Below, piece after piece: positions 1-12,000 of a DNA stretch of 64,000 nucleotides; within the stretch, counting starts at the first letter, position 1; the number at the start of each line of letters is the position of its first letter. The stretch comes from Eledone cirrhosa. Its lineage: Eukaryota. The position numbers and the translations under genes were made by a program. Below the pieces are notes generated by a model, which saw nothing but the letters and a program-made list of their open reading frames with translations, did not search any database and was not told where the DNA came from. The stretch is from positions 83,886,001 to 83,950,000 of the forward strand of contig OZ024745.1 of the NCBI GenBank assembly GCA_964016885.1, written 5' to 3'.

Positions 1-3000
1 CAATCGGGATCACTTTGACTTCATGGCAGTTCCAAATCCTTTTCACCTCCCACTGTAGGTCCTGGTATCGGTTAATTTTCTCCCTCTCCTTCTCTTGCAC
101 TCTCGTGTCGAACGGGCAGGCCACATCCACAATCAGACACGATCTTTTTTCCTTGTCCACAACCACCAGGTCAGGTCTATTGTGTTCCAGTTTTTTGTCC
201 GTCTGTATCCTAAAATCCCACAGCACCTTCACCTGATTGTTCTCCACCACCGCCTCCGGCCTATGCTCATACCATTTCTCAGAATGTGGTAAATTGTTTA
301 CTTTGCACAGGTGCCAGTGGATCACCCTGCCCATCACATCGTGTCTCCAGCCCTTATAGTGGGTCTGGGCTAGGTGTTTACACTCGGACACAATGTGAGC
401 CACAGTCTCCTCTCTCTCTCCACAGATCCTGCACAGTGGGCTAGCCTCCTCCTTGTAAATATGGTGCTTCAACCACTTCGTTTTGAGGGCCTGCTCCTGC
501 GCAGCCATTAGCATTCCTTCTGTAGCCTTTTTGAGGTCTCCTCTTCTCAACCAGTTCCATGTCTGTGGATCTCTAAATTCAGTTTTCTCAAAGAAGGTAC
601 TATGAAGGGATTTTCCCTTAAGGCTGCTCTTCCTCCTTGATGTTATTTCCTCCTTGGACATCCCCTGGCCTACTGTCCCCTCCTTCAGTACAGTTTTGAG
701 CATTGGCTCCTTACTATAGGTCACGTATTTGTATAGGTTGTTTTTCTCCATCTGAACACAGTCCTCTATGCTGATAAGACCTCTTCCACCCTCAGATCTC
801 CTTAGGTAGAGTCTATCGACATTACTCCTCTTGTGGAACATGTTGTAGATAGTCAATAGCTTCCTAGTCTTCCTATCCATTTCTTTTTGTTCAGCAACAT
901 TCCATCTCAGAATTCCCGCACTGTACCTAATAATAGACACAGCTCGGGAATTTACTGCGCTTATGGCATTTCTGCTGTTCAGATGTGACTTCAATACGCT
1001 CCTTACTCTCCGAATGTATTCAGTTCTTAACAATTCCTTCATTTTTTTGTTCTTTATGCCATCAGCCTCCAGAACGCCCAAATACTTGTATCCTTCCTCA
1101 GAGTCAATTTCCTTTATCATCTCACCTGTTGGTATCTGGATCCCGCTACTTCTGCTCAACCTACCCCTCCTCATCACAATGACTCCACATTTACCAATAC
1201 CAAATTGCATACATATATCACTGCTGAAAATACGGACAGTGTCAACAAGCACATCCAACTCCTTCTCACTTTTCCCGAAGAGCTTAAGATCGTCCACGAA
1301 GAGGAGGTGATTGATGGTAAGCTCTCCCTTTCCCAACTTGTATCCTGCTCTCACTTTTCGCAGCATAATGGTCAAGGGCATTAGGGCAATGACAAACAAC
1401 AGAGGGGACAGGCTATCTCCCTGGAAGATACCTCTCTTGATCTTCACGCTTCCCAAGGATACTCCAGTTGATGTCAACTCTGTCTCCCAGGATCCCATAC
1501 TCCTGCCCAGCAACTGTCTGATGTTATCTGCCACCCTGAAGATCTCCAGGCTTTTGGTGATCCAAGAATGAGGCACCATGTCAAATGCCTTTCTGTAGTC
1601 TATCCATCCCATGGCAAGATCAGTGTGTCTCCTCCTGAAATTCCCCATTACCATCTTATCAATAAGTAACTGGTCCTTTGTACCACGTGACTTCTTTCGG
1701 CATCCTTTCTGTTCGTCCGGTAACAAGTTGTTTGTGTGGAGGTGATGGTAGATTTCCTCAGACACAATGCTCGTCAACAGTTTCCACATTACGGACAGAC
1801 ATGTGATAGGTCTATAGTTGGTAACATCATTACCCTTGATTTGGTCTTTCATTATCAGAACTGTGGTACCTTTTGTCAACCACTCTGGCACCTCACCCGA
1901 CACCAAGCAGTCATTGAACATGGCTGTCAGCTTCGGGTGGAGGGATGTTAAATGTTTAATCCAATACCCCTGCACACCATCTGGGCCTGGTGATTTCCAG
2001 TTGGTTAGTTTTTTGGCCTGCCCCTTAAGAGTTTCAACTGTGATACTCAAATCAGTTTGTTGTTGTGCCTGCTCACCGATCTCCCTCTGTACTGTCTCAA
2101 TCCACCCTGCCTGGGCATTATGTCTGACATCCTGCTCCCATATTCCTCTCCAGAATGTTTTAGTTTGTTCCGCCCCAGGGATCAAGTCGTTGCCTCTTTC
2201 TTTCCCCTCAAGCTGTCCAAACAGCATCTTCTGGTTGTTGTCGAACATGCGGTTCTGTTTATACTGACTGACTCTGTTCTCGTATCGCCTGATTTTTGCA
2301 CTCTTTGCTACAATGCGTTGCTTCAATTCCTCTAAGATAATATTTAGCTTTTTACTCCTAGTTTTGTATTTTATTTCCAGTCTATTTTTAGTTCCTATGT
2401 TTTTTAGTGTCCCATTCAGTAGTGACTCAAGCTTTCCTATGTCATTTCTCATTTCCCCGATTTGCCCACTCAGTCGCTTCTTCCACCACGGCTCTGCTCT
2501 TTCTTGTCTGTTGTTTCCTCTCGCTTTTATACCAAGTAGTTTCCTCACCGTATTTGCTGTTGCTTTGAGGATATTGTTGCACTGGTGAAGGCTCCTCGCC
2601 TCAAGGTATGGGTTCACTTTGTTTACCTTAGCTGTTGTTTCTTTTAACTTTTTCCTGTCTACAAATCTTAGGTTCATTGGTCTCCCACTATCATTGTTCA
2701 ATTCATCTACCACTAAATTTAGGATGTCAACCGAATCTTGTCCTAGCCCGTCAGCATTCATCTCCTCAGTGGCCGTATCTCTGTTCCAGGTATTATTTAT
2801 CTCAGTATTCAGATCGTTGTCTGTTTCGGGTGGTTCCTCCGTTCTCAGGACCTCTTCACCTTCATTTCCCACTGGCTCGCTTGTCTGGCATACTACACCC
2901 GCCATCTCCAAGCCATTCTCTCTGCTCAGTTCCTCCAGTTCCAGCTCGCTTATCCACCCATTAGTTCTTATTACCCGAGCCTGCCCGGCCAATTTTTGTT

Positions 3001-3253
3001 CATCTAATTTAAATAAACCAATCTCGTTCCAGATGTTATGCATCCGTCTCCTGTAGCCCCTCTCCTTGGGGTTACTTTTCAGGTAGCATTGCATAACAGT
3101 TCTATTCAATTCTTTAGTCCAGTTGGTTCTGGCCCCTTTCCTTCTTCTTCTTCCTCCAACATCAGCAGTATTTGGTTGACAGTCAGGTTCCTGCTGCTGA
3201 GCCAGGGGGCACCTGTTGGGTGAGAGTCTGTCACATGACGTTCTAGTCTCCAT
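1..3253 (-). CDS. Dong ORF copy 1: Myb-like N-terminus, RT (LFVDD), CCHC, restriction-like endonuclease; apparently open to the window edge
   Basis: ATG at 3253 matches copy 2 ATG at 7880. The differences I checked against copy 2 are substitutions without stops. It reads KINRYQDLQWEVKR in frame. Probably absent from the ORF track because its stop lies outside the window. Confidence 0.75.
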   Translation of the reverse strand, partial: METRTSCDRLSPNRCPLAQQQEPDCQPNTADVGGRRRRKGARTNWTKELNRTVMQCYLKSNPKERGYRRRMHNIWNEIGLFKLDEQKLAGQARVIRTNGWISELELEELSRENGLEMAGVVCQTSEPVGNEGEEVLRTEEPPETDNDLNTEINNTWNRDTATEEMNADGLGQDSVDILNLVVDELNNDSGRPMNLRFVDRKKLKETTAKVNKVNPYLEARSLHQCNNILKATANTVRKLLGIKARGNNRQERAEPWWKKRLSGQIGEMRNDIGKLESLLNGTLKNIGTKNRLEIKYKTRSKKLNIILEELKQRIVAKSAKIRRYENRVSQYKQNRMFDNNQKMLFGQLEGKERGNDLIPGAEQTKTFWRGIWEQDVRHNAQAGWIETVQREIGEQAQQQTDLSITVETLKGQAKKLTNWKSPGPDGVQGYWIKHLTSLHPKLTAMFNDCLVSGEVPEWLTKGTTVLIMKDQIKGNDVTNYRPITCLSVMWKLLTSIVSEEIYHHLHTNNLLPDEQKGCRKKSRGTKDQLLIDKMVMGNFRRRHTDLAMGWIDYRKAFDMVPHSWITKSLEIFRVADNIRQLLGRSMGSWETELTSTGVSLGSVKIKRGIFQGDSLSPLLFVIALMPLTIMLRKVRAGYKLGKGELTINHLLFVDDLKLFGKSEKELDVLVDTVRIFSSDICMQFGIGKCGVIVMRRGRLSRSSGIQIPTGEMIKEIDSEEGYKYLGVLEADGIKNKKMKELLRTEYIRRVRSVLKSHLNSRNAISAVNSRAVSIIRYSAGILRWNVAEQKEMDRKTRKLLTIYNMFHKRSNVDRLYLRRSEGGRGLISIEDCVQMEKNNLYKYVTYSKEPMLKTVLKEGTVGQGMSKEEITSRRKSSLKGKSLHSTFFEKTEFRDPQTWNWLRRGDLKKATEGMLMAAQEQALKTKWLKHHIYKEEASPLCRICGEREETVAHIVSECKHLAQTHYKGWRHDVMGRVIHWHLCKVNNLPHSEKWYEHRPEAVVENNQVKVLWDFRIQTDKKLEHNRPDLVVVDKEKRSCLIVDVACPFDTRVQEKEREKINRYQDLQWEVKRIWNCHEVKVIPI

Positions 3254-4335
3254 TTCACCGTTATTCGAACTGTTTATGTTCGATATTTAAACACTCTTAT
3301 CGAGGATTGGCGAATGTATGGTTACATAGCCATCTGTGGATCCGCCATCCCACTTGGCCCTTGTGTGGCATTATCACCACGCTGTATACGAACACACATA
3401 AACAAACAAACACACAGGCAGAAAGGGCCCCAAAAATGAATAAGCATAAGTTTCATTGTAATGTAGTGTTCGAATGTCTGACTTAGTTTTTGTTTTTTAA
3501 GTTTTAGTTCCCCCCCCCCTCTTCTCTGTCCGCCCGCCTACTTCTCTCTTCATTCTTACTTTCTTTACGTTTTTGGGGTTTCTTTTTTTGTTTTTGTTTT
3601 TCTCTGTTTGTTTTTCTCGTTTTTGCTGTTGTTGCTGTGCTGCTTTGGTTTTGTTGTTTGTTTTTTCTTTTTTCTTTTGAGTCTATCTATATATATATAT
3701 TTTGATGCCTTCCTCTTTGTTAGTAGTAGGAATTCTATAATGTGGAAGTAGCAGCCAGCAGGGAGAAGTGGGAGACTGGCGGCGGTAGCGATACTGAGAC
3801 AGTGGTGGTGGTGATGTCGATACCGTGGAAGCGGTGGCGGTGATGTGACCGTATTACTGTAGTGATGGTGCTGTAGCGGTGGCAGCAGTGAAGGAGTGAA
3901 GGGGTGATGGCGGCGGTGATGGGATAGTGGTGGTAATGATGGCCGTAGTGAGCGGTGGCGGTGAAGGTGAAAATGCCGTTATCTGGCTGTTGTGTTTAGT
4001 GTACACAGATGATGGGGTGGGTGGTGTATCTAGTTTCTGGTGTTGGTGAGTTTGGCTGTCCTATATAGTGTAGGCAGAGGAGAGGAGGGGGGGTTCTTCT
4101 TCCATTTATAGCCATTTTCTTTTTTGGATATACTGTGTACAATACAAAGTTGAATATTTGAATATTTGAGCCTTATAACAATACATTTGGGGTCCGAATT
4201 TTTTGGGGCTCAAGCCGGGTGCTTTACGTATGATTTGTACTAAGAGTTGTTATTTCACAAATGATTTAAATATGTTAAAAATTCAAAAGTCACGGGAGCG
4301 ATTTCAACCTCCGTCACCTCGTGCGTCTTCTTCCC
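1..4335 (-). mobile_element. R4/Dong-clade non-LTR retrotransposon, copy 1 (3' end runs off window)
   Basis: Colinear with copy 2 at offset 4627-4628; 5' end abuts the (TTA)n tract at 4336. Confidence 0.9.
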
Positions 4336-4405
<70 letters not shown>

Positions 4406-4414
4406 GTTGTTATT
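4336..4414. repeat. (TTA)n/(TAA)n microsatellite between Dong copies 1 and 2
   Basis: Directly visible; ends in TTG variants. Confidence 0.98.
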
Positions 4415-7400
4415 CCTTGAATTCCAGTCATTGATGTTGGTTAACTGGAAAGTCCGTTGGAATGAATATCAAGCCACTACCTGCAGCCTCAGATATTCAG
4501 GACGTATCGGAGGGTTCTTGCTGTTCCAAGCAAGCATGCTTTTTGAAGCGTTCCAAAAAGCGTGACGGGGCCGATTTTCTTTAACCATCCCTGGAAACTT
4601 TTGGAGATAGTCCCCAGTGCACCTATGACAATCGGGATCACTTTGACTTCATGGCAGTTCCAAATCCTTTTCACCTCCCACTTTAGGTCCGGTATCGGTT
4701 AATTTTCTCCCTCTCCTTCTCTTGCACTCTCGTGTCGAAAGGGCAGGCCACATCCACAATCAGACACGATCTTTTTTCTTTGTCCACAACCACCAGGTCA
4801 GGTCTATTGTGTTCCAGTTTTTTGTCCGTCTGTATCCTAAAATCCCACAGCACCTTCACCTGATTGTTCTCCATCACCGCCTCTGGCCTATGCTCATACC
4901 ATTTCTCAGAGTGTGGTAAATTGTTTACTTTGCACAGGTGCCAGTGGATCACCCTGCCCATCACATCGTGTCTCCAGCCCTTATAGTGGGTCTGGGCTAG
5001 GTGTTTACACTCGGACACAATGTGAGCCACAGTCTCCTCTCTCTTTCCACAGATCCTGCACAGTGGGCTAGCCTCCTCCTTGTAAATATGGTGCTTCAAC
5101 CACTTCGTTTTGAGGGCCTGCTCCTGCGCAGCCATTAGCATTCCTTCTGTAGCCTTTTTGAGGTCTCCTCTTCTCAACCAGTTCCATGTCTGTGGATCTC
5201 TAAATTCAGTTTTCTCAAAGAAGGTACTATGAAGGGATTTTCCCTTAAGGCTGCTCTTCCTCCTTGATGTTATTTCCTCCTTGGACATCCCCTGGCCTAC
5301 TGTCCCCTCCTTCAGTACAGTTCTGAGCATTGGCTCCTTACTATAGGTCACGTATTTGTATAGGTTGTTTTTCTCCATCTGAACACAGTCCTCTATGCTG
5401 ATAAGACCTCTTCCACCCTCAGAACTCCTTCGGTAGAGTCTATCGACATCACTCCTCTTGTGGAACATGTTGTAGATAGTCAATAGCTTCCTAGTCTTCC
5501 TATCCATTTCTTTTTGTTCAGCAACATTCCATCTCAGAATTCCCGCACTGTACCTAATAATAGACACAGCTCGGGAATTTACTGCGCTTATGGCATTTCT
5601 GCTGTTCAGATGTGACTTCAATACGCTCCTTACTCTCCGAATGTATTCAGTTCTTAACAATTCCTTCATTTTTTTGTCCTTTATGCCATGAGCCTCCAGA
5701 ACGCCCAAATACTTGTATCCTTCCTCAGAGTCAATTTCCTTTATCATCTCACCTGTTGGTATCCGGATCCCGTTACTTCTGCTCAACCTACCCCTCTTCA
5801 TCACAATGACTCCACATTTACTAATACCAAATTGCATACATATATCACTGCTGAAAATACGGACAGTGTCAACAAGCACATCCAACTCCTTCTCACTTTT
5901 CTCGAAGAGCTTAAGATCGTCCATGAAGAGGAGGTGATTGATGGTAAGCCCTCCCTTTCCCAACTTGTATCCTGCTCTCACTTTTCGCAGCATAATGGTC
6001 AAGGGCATCAGGGCAAGGACAAACAACAGAGGGGACAGGCTATCTCCCTGGAAGATACCTCTCTTGATCTTCACGCTTCCCAAGGATACTCCAGTTGATG
6101 TAAACTCTGTCTCCCAGGACCCCATACTCCTGCCCAGCAACTGTCTGATGTTATCTGCCACCCTGAAGATCTCCAGGCTTTTGGTGATCCAAGAATGAGG
6201 CACCATGTCAAATGCCTTTCTGTAGTCTATCCATCCCATGGCAAGATCAGTGTGTCTCCTCCTGCAATTCCCCATTACCATCTTATCAATAAGTAACTGG
6301 TCCTTTGTACCACGTGACTTCTTTCGGCATCCTTTCTGTTCGTCCGGTAACAAGTTGTTTGTGTGGAGGTGATGGTAGATTTCCTCAGACACAATGCTCG
6401 TCAACAGTTTCCACATTACGGACAGACATGTGATAGGTCTATAGTTGGTAACATCATTACCCTTGATTCGGTCTTTCATTATCAGAACTGTGGTACCTTT
6501 TGTCAACCACTCTGGCACCTCACCCGACACCAAGCAGTCATTGAACATGGCCGTCAGCTTCGGGTGGAGGGATGTTAAATTTTTAATCCAATACCCCTGC
6601 ACACCATCTGGGCCTGGTGATTTCCAGTTGGTTAGTTTTTTGGCCTGCCCCTTAAGAGTTTCAACTGTGATACTCAAATCAGTTTGTTGGTGTGCCTGCT
6701 CACCGATCTCCCTCTGTACTGTCTCAATCCACCCTGCCTGGACATTATGTCTAACATCCTGCTCCCATATTCCTCTCCAGAATGTTTTAGTTTGCTCCGC
6801 CCCAGGGATCAAGTCGTTGCCTCTTTCTTTCCCCTCAAGCTGTCCAAACAGCATCTTCTGGTTGTTGTCGAACATGCGGTTCTGTTTATACTGACTGACT
6901 CTGTTCTCGTATCGCCTGATTTTTGCACTCTTTGCTACAATGCGTTGCTTCAATTCCTCTATGATAATATTTAGCTTTTTACTCCTAGTTTTGTATTTTA
7001 TTTCCAGTCTATTTTTAGTGCCTATGTTTTTTAGTGTCCCATTCAGTAGTGACTCAAGCTTTCCTATGTCATTTCTCATTTCCCCGATTTGCCCACTCAG
7101 TCGCTTCTTCCACCACGGCTCTGCTCTTTCTTGTCTGTTGTTTCCTCTCGCTTTTATACCAAGTAGTTTCCTCACCGTATTTGCTGTTGCTTTGAGGATA
7201 TTGTTGCACTGGTGAAGGCTCCTCGCCTCAAGGTATGGGATCACTTTGTTTACCTTAGCTGTTGTTTCTTTTAACTTTTTCCTGTCTACAAATCTTAGGT
7301 TCATAGGTCTCCCACTATCATTGTTCAATTCATCTACCACTAAATTTAGGATGTCAACCGAATCTTGTCCTAGCCCGTCAGCATTCATCTCCTCAGTGGC

Positions 7401-8962
7401 CGTATCTCTGTTCCAGGTATTATTTATCTCAGTATTCAGATCGTTGTCTATTTCGGGTGGTTCCTCCGTTCTCAGGACCTCTTCACCTTCATTTCCCACT
7501 GGCTCGCTTGTCTGGCATACTACACCCGCCATCTCCAAGCCATTCTCTCTGCTCAGTTCCTCCAGTTCCAGCTCGCTTATCCACCCATTAGTTCTTATTA
7601 CCCGAGCCTGCCCGGCCAATTTTTGTTCATCTAATTTAAATAAACCAATCTCGTTCCAGATGTTATGCATCCGTCTCCTGTAGCCCCTCTCCTTGGGGTT
7701 ACTTTTCAGGTAGCATTGCATAACAGTTCTATTCAATTCTTTAGTCCAGTTGGTTCTGGCCCCTTCCCTTCTTCTTCTTCCTCCAGCATCAGCAGTATTT
7801 GGTTGACAGTCAGGTTCCTGCTGCTGAGCCAGGGGGCACCTGTTGGGTGAGAGTCTGTCACATGACGTTCTAGTCTCCATTTCACCGTTATTCGAACTGT
7901 TTATGTTCGATATTTAAACACTCTTATCGAGGATTGGCGAATGTATGGTTACATAGCCATCTGTGGATCCGCCATCCCACTTGGCCCTTGTGTGGCATTA
8001 TCACCACGCTGTATACGAACACACATAAACAAACAAACACACAGGCAGAAAGGGCCCCAAAAATGAATAAGCATAAGTTTCATTGTAATGTAGTGTTCGA
8101 ATGTCTGACTTAGTTTTTGTTTTTTAAGTTTTAGTTCCCCCCCCCCCTCTTCTCTGTCCGCCCGCCTGCTTCTCTCTTCATTCTTATTTTCTTTACGTTT
8201 TTGGGGTTTCTTTTTTTGTTTTTGTTTTTCTCTGTTTGTTTTTCTCGTTTTTGCTGTTGTTGCTGTGCTGCTTTGGTTTTGTTGTTTGTTTTTTCTTTTT
8301 TCTTTTGAGTCTATCTATATATATATTTTGATGCCTTCCTCTTTGTTAGTAGTAGGAATTCTATAATGTGGAAGTAGCAGCCATCAGGGAGAAGTGGGAG
8401 ACTGGCGGCGGTAGCGATACTGAGACAGTGGTGGTGGTGATGTCGATACCGTGGAAGCGGTGGCGGTGATGTGACCGTATTACTGTAGTGATGGTGCTGT
8501 AGCGGTGGCAGCAGTGAAGGAGTGAAGGGGTGATGGCGGCGGTGATGGGATAGTGGTGGTAATGATGGCCGTAGTGAGCGGTGGCGGTGAAGGTGAAAAT
8601 GCCGTTATCTGGCTGTTGTGTTTAGTGTACACAGATGATGGGGTGGGTGGTGTATCTAGTTTCTGGTGTTGGTGAGTTTGGCTGTCCTATATAGTGTAGG
8701 CAGAGGAGAGGAGGGGGGGGTTCTTCTTCCATTTATAGCCATTTTCTTTTTTGGATATACTGTGTACAATACAAAGTTGAATATTTGAATATTTGAACCT
8801 TATAACAATATATTTGGGGTCCGAATTTTTTGGGGCTCAAGCCGGGTGCTTTACGTAGCATTTGTACTAAGAGTTGTTATTTCACAAATGATTTAAATAT
8901 GTTAAAAATTCAAAACTCACGGGAGCGATTTCAACCTCCGTCACCTCGTGCGTCTTCTTCCC
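4415..8962 (-). mobile_element. R4/Dong-clade non-LTR retrotransposon, copy 2 (full length, ~4.55 kb)
   Basis: Single ORF with WKSPGPDG, YRPITCL, DYRKAFD, GIFQGDSLSP, FMDD, CRICGKREETVAHIVSEC, RHD and PDLVVVD motifs; (TAA)n on both sides, the known Dong target. Confidence 0.93.
4489..7880 (-). pseudogene. Dong RT-endonuclease ORF copy 2, frameshifted in the endonuclease C-terminus
   Basis: ORF 4683-7880 plus out-of-frame tail 4489-4674; 1-bp deletion near 4690 (ccggtatc vs cctggtatc in copy 1 and in the 19.3 kb fragment). Confidence 0.88.
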
Positions 8963-9005
<43 letters not shown>

Positions 9006-9017
9006 GTTGTTGTTATT
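8963..9017. repeat. (TTA)n microsatellite between Dong copies 2 and 3
   Basis: Directly visible. Confidence 0.98.
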
Positions 9018-12000
9018 CCTTGAATTCTAGTCATTGATGTTGGTTAACTGGAAAGTCCGTTGGAATGAATATCAAGCCACTACCTGCAGCCTCAGATATT
9101 CAGGACGTATCGGAGGGTTCTTGCTGTTCCAAGCAAGCATGCTTTTTGAAGCGTTCCAAAAAGCGTGACGGGGCCGATTTTCTTTAACCATCCCTGGAAA
9201 CTTTTGGAGATAGTCCCCAGTGCGCCTATGACAATCGGGATCACTTTGACTTCATGGCAGTTCCAAATCCTTTTCACCTCCCACTTTAGGTCCGGTATCG
9301 GTTAATTTTCTCCCTCTCCTTCTCTTGCACTCTCGTGTCGAAAGGGCAGGCCACATCCACAATCAGACACGATCTTTTTTCTTTGTCCACAACCACCAGG
9401 TCAGGTCTATTGTGTTCCAGTTTTTTGTCCGTCTGTATCCTAAAATCCCACAGCACCTTCACCTGATTGTTCTCCATCACCGCCTCTGGCCTATGCTCAT
9501 ACCATTTCTCAGAGTGTGGTAAATTGTTTACTTTGCACAGGTGCCAGTGGATCACCCTGCCCATCACATCGTGTCTCCAGCCCTTATAGTGGGTCTGGGC
9601 TAGGTGTTTACACTCGGACACAATGTGAGCCACAGTCTCCTCTCTCTTTCCACAGATCCTGCACAGTGGGCTAGCCTCCTCCTTGTAAATATGGTGCTTC
9701 AACCACTTCGTTTTGAGGGCCTGCTCCTGCGCAGCCATTAGCATTCCTTCTGTAGCCTTTTTGAGGTCTCCTCTTCTCAACCAGTTCCATGTCTGTGGAT
9801 CTCTAAATTCAGTTTTCTCAAAGAAGGTACTATGAAGGGATTTTCCCTTAAGGCTGCTCTTCCTCCTTGATGTTATTTCCTCCTTGGACATCCCCTGGCC
9901 TACTGTCCCCTCCTTCAGTACAGTTCTGAGCATTGGCTCCTTACTATAGGTCACGTATTTGTATAGGTTGTTTTTCTCCATCTGAACACAGTCCTCTATG
10001 CTGATAAGACCTCTTCCACCCTCAGAACTCCTTCGGTAGAGTCTATCGACATCACTCCTCTTGTGGAACATGTTGTAGATAGTCAATAGCTTCCTAGTCT
10101 TCCTATCCATTTCTTTTTGTTCAGCAACATTCCATCTCAGAATTCCCGCACTGTACCTAATAATAGACACAGCTCGGGAATTTACTGCGCTTATGGCATT
10201 TCTGCTGTTCAGATGTGACTTCAATACGCTCCTTACTCTCCGAATGTATTCAGTTCTTAACAATTCCTTCATTTTTTTGTCCTTTATGCCATGAGCCTCC
10301 AGAACGCCCAAATACTTGTATCCTTCCTCAGAGTCAATTTCCTTTATCATCTCACCTGTTGGTATCCGGATCCCGTTACTTCTGCTCAACCTACCCCTCT
10401 TCATCACAATGACTCCACATTTACTAATACCAAATTGCATACATATATCACTGCTGAAAATACGGACAGTGTCAACAAGCACATCCAACTCCTTCTCACT
10501 TTTCCCGAAGAGCTTAAGATCGTCCATGAAGAGGAGGTGATTGATGGTAAGCCCTCCCTTTCCCAACTTGTATCCTGCTCTCACTTTTCGCAGCATAATG
10601 GTCAAGGGCATCAGGGCAAGGACAAACAACAGAGGGGACAGGCTATCTCCCTGGAAGATACCTCTCTTGATCTTCACGCTTCCCAAGGATACTCCAGTTG
10701 ATGTAAACTCTGTCTCCCAGGACCCCATACTCCTGCCCAGCAACTGTCTGATGTTATCTGCCACCCTGAAGATCTCCAGGCTTTTGGTGATCCAAGAATG
10801 AGGCACCATGTCAAATGCCTTTCTGTAGTCTATCCATCCCATGGCAAGATCAGTGTGTCTCCTCCTGCAATTCCCCATTACCATCTTATCAATAAGTAAC
10901 TGGTCCTTTGTACCACGTGACTTCTTTCGGCATCCTTTCTGTTCGTCCGGTAACAAGTTGTTTGTGTGGAGGTGATGGTAGATTTCCTCAGACACAATGC
11001 TCGTCAACAGTTTCCACATTACGGACAGACATGTGATAGGTCTATAGTTGGTAACATCATTACCCTTGATTCGGTCTTTCATTATCAGAACTGTGGTACC
11101 TTTTGTCAACCACTCTGGCACCTCACCCGACACCAAGCAGTCATTGAACATGGCCGTCAGCTTCGGGTGGAGGGATGTTAAATTTTTAATCCAATACCCC
11201 TGCACACCATCTGGGCCTGGTGATTTCCAGTTGGTTAGTTTTTTGGCCTGCCCCTTAAGAGTTTCAACTGTGATACTCAAATCAGTTTGTTGGTGTGCCT
11301 GCTCACCGATCTCCCTCTGTACTGTCTCAATCCACCCTGCCTGGACATTATGTCTAACATCCTGCTCCCATATTCCTCTCCAGAATGTTTTAGTTTGCTC
11401 CGCCCCAGGGATCAAGTCGTTGCCTCTTTCTTTCCCCTCAAGCTGTCCAAACAGCATCTTCTGGTTGTTGTCGATTTTTGCCTCTTTGCACTCTTTGCAC
11501 TTTTTGCACTTTTTGCACTCGTATCGCCTGATTTTTGCACTCTTTGCTACAATGCGTTGCTTCAGTTCCTCTATGATAATATTTAGCTTTTTCCTCCTAG
11601 TTTTATATTTTATTTCCAGTCTATTTTTAGTGCCTATGTTTTTTAGTGTCCCATTCAGTAGTGACTCAAGCTTTCCTATGTCATTTCTCATTTCCCCGAT
11701 TTGCCCACTCAGTCGCTTCTTCCACCACGGCTCTGCTCTTTCTTGTCTGTTGTTTCCTCTCGCTTTTATACCAAGTAGTTTCCTCACCGTATTTGCTGTT
11801 GCTTTGAGGATATTGTTGCACTGGTGAAGGCTCCTCGCCTCAAGGTATGGGATGACTTTGTTTACCTTAGCTGTTGTTTCTTTTAACTTTTTCCTGTCTA
11901 CAAATCTTAGGTTCATAGGTCTCCCACTATCATTGTTCAATTCATCTACCACTAAATTTAGGATGTCAACCGAATCTTGTCCTAGCCCGTCAGCATTCAT

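Noticed and set aside
3255-4335. HDV-like ribozyme in the Dong leader
   Set aside because: Could not assemble P1/P3/L3/P1.1; only a simpler pseudoknot is supported.
4674-4695. Programmed frameshift in the Dong endonuclease
   Set aside because: Copy 1 and the 19.3 kb fragment are in frame here and there is no slippery heptamer.
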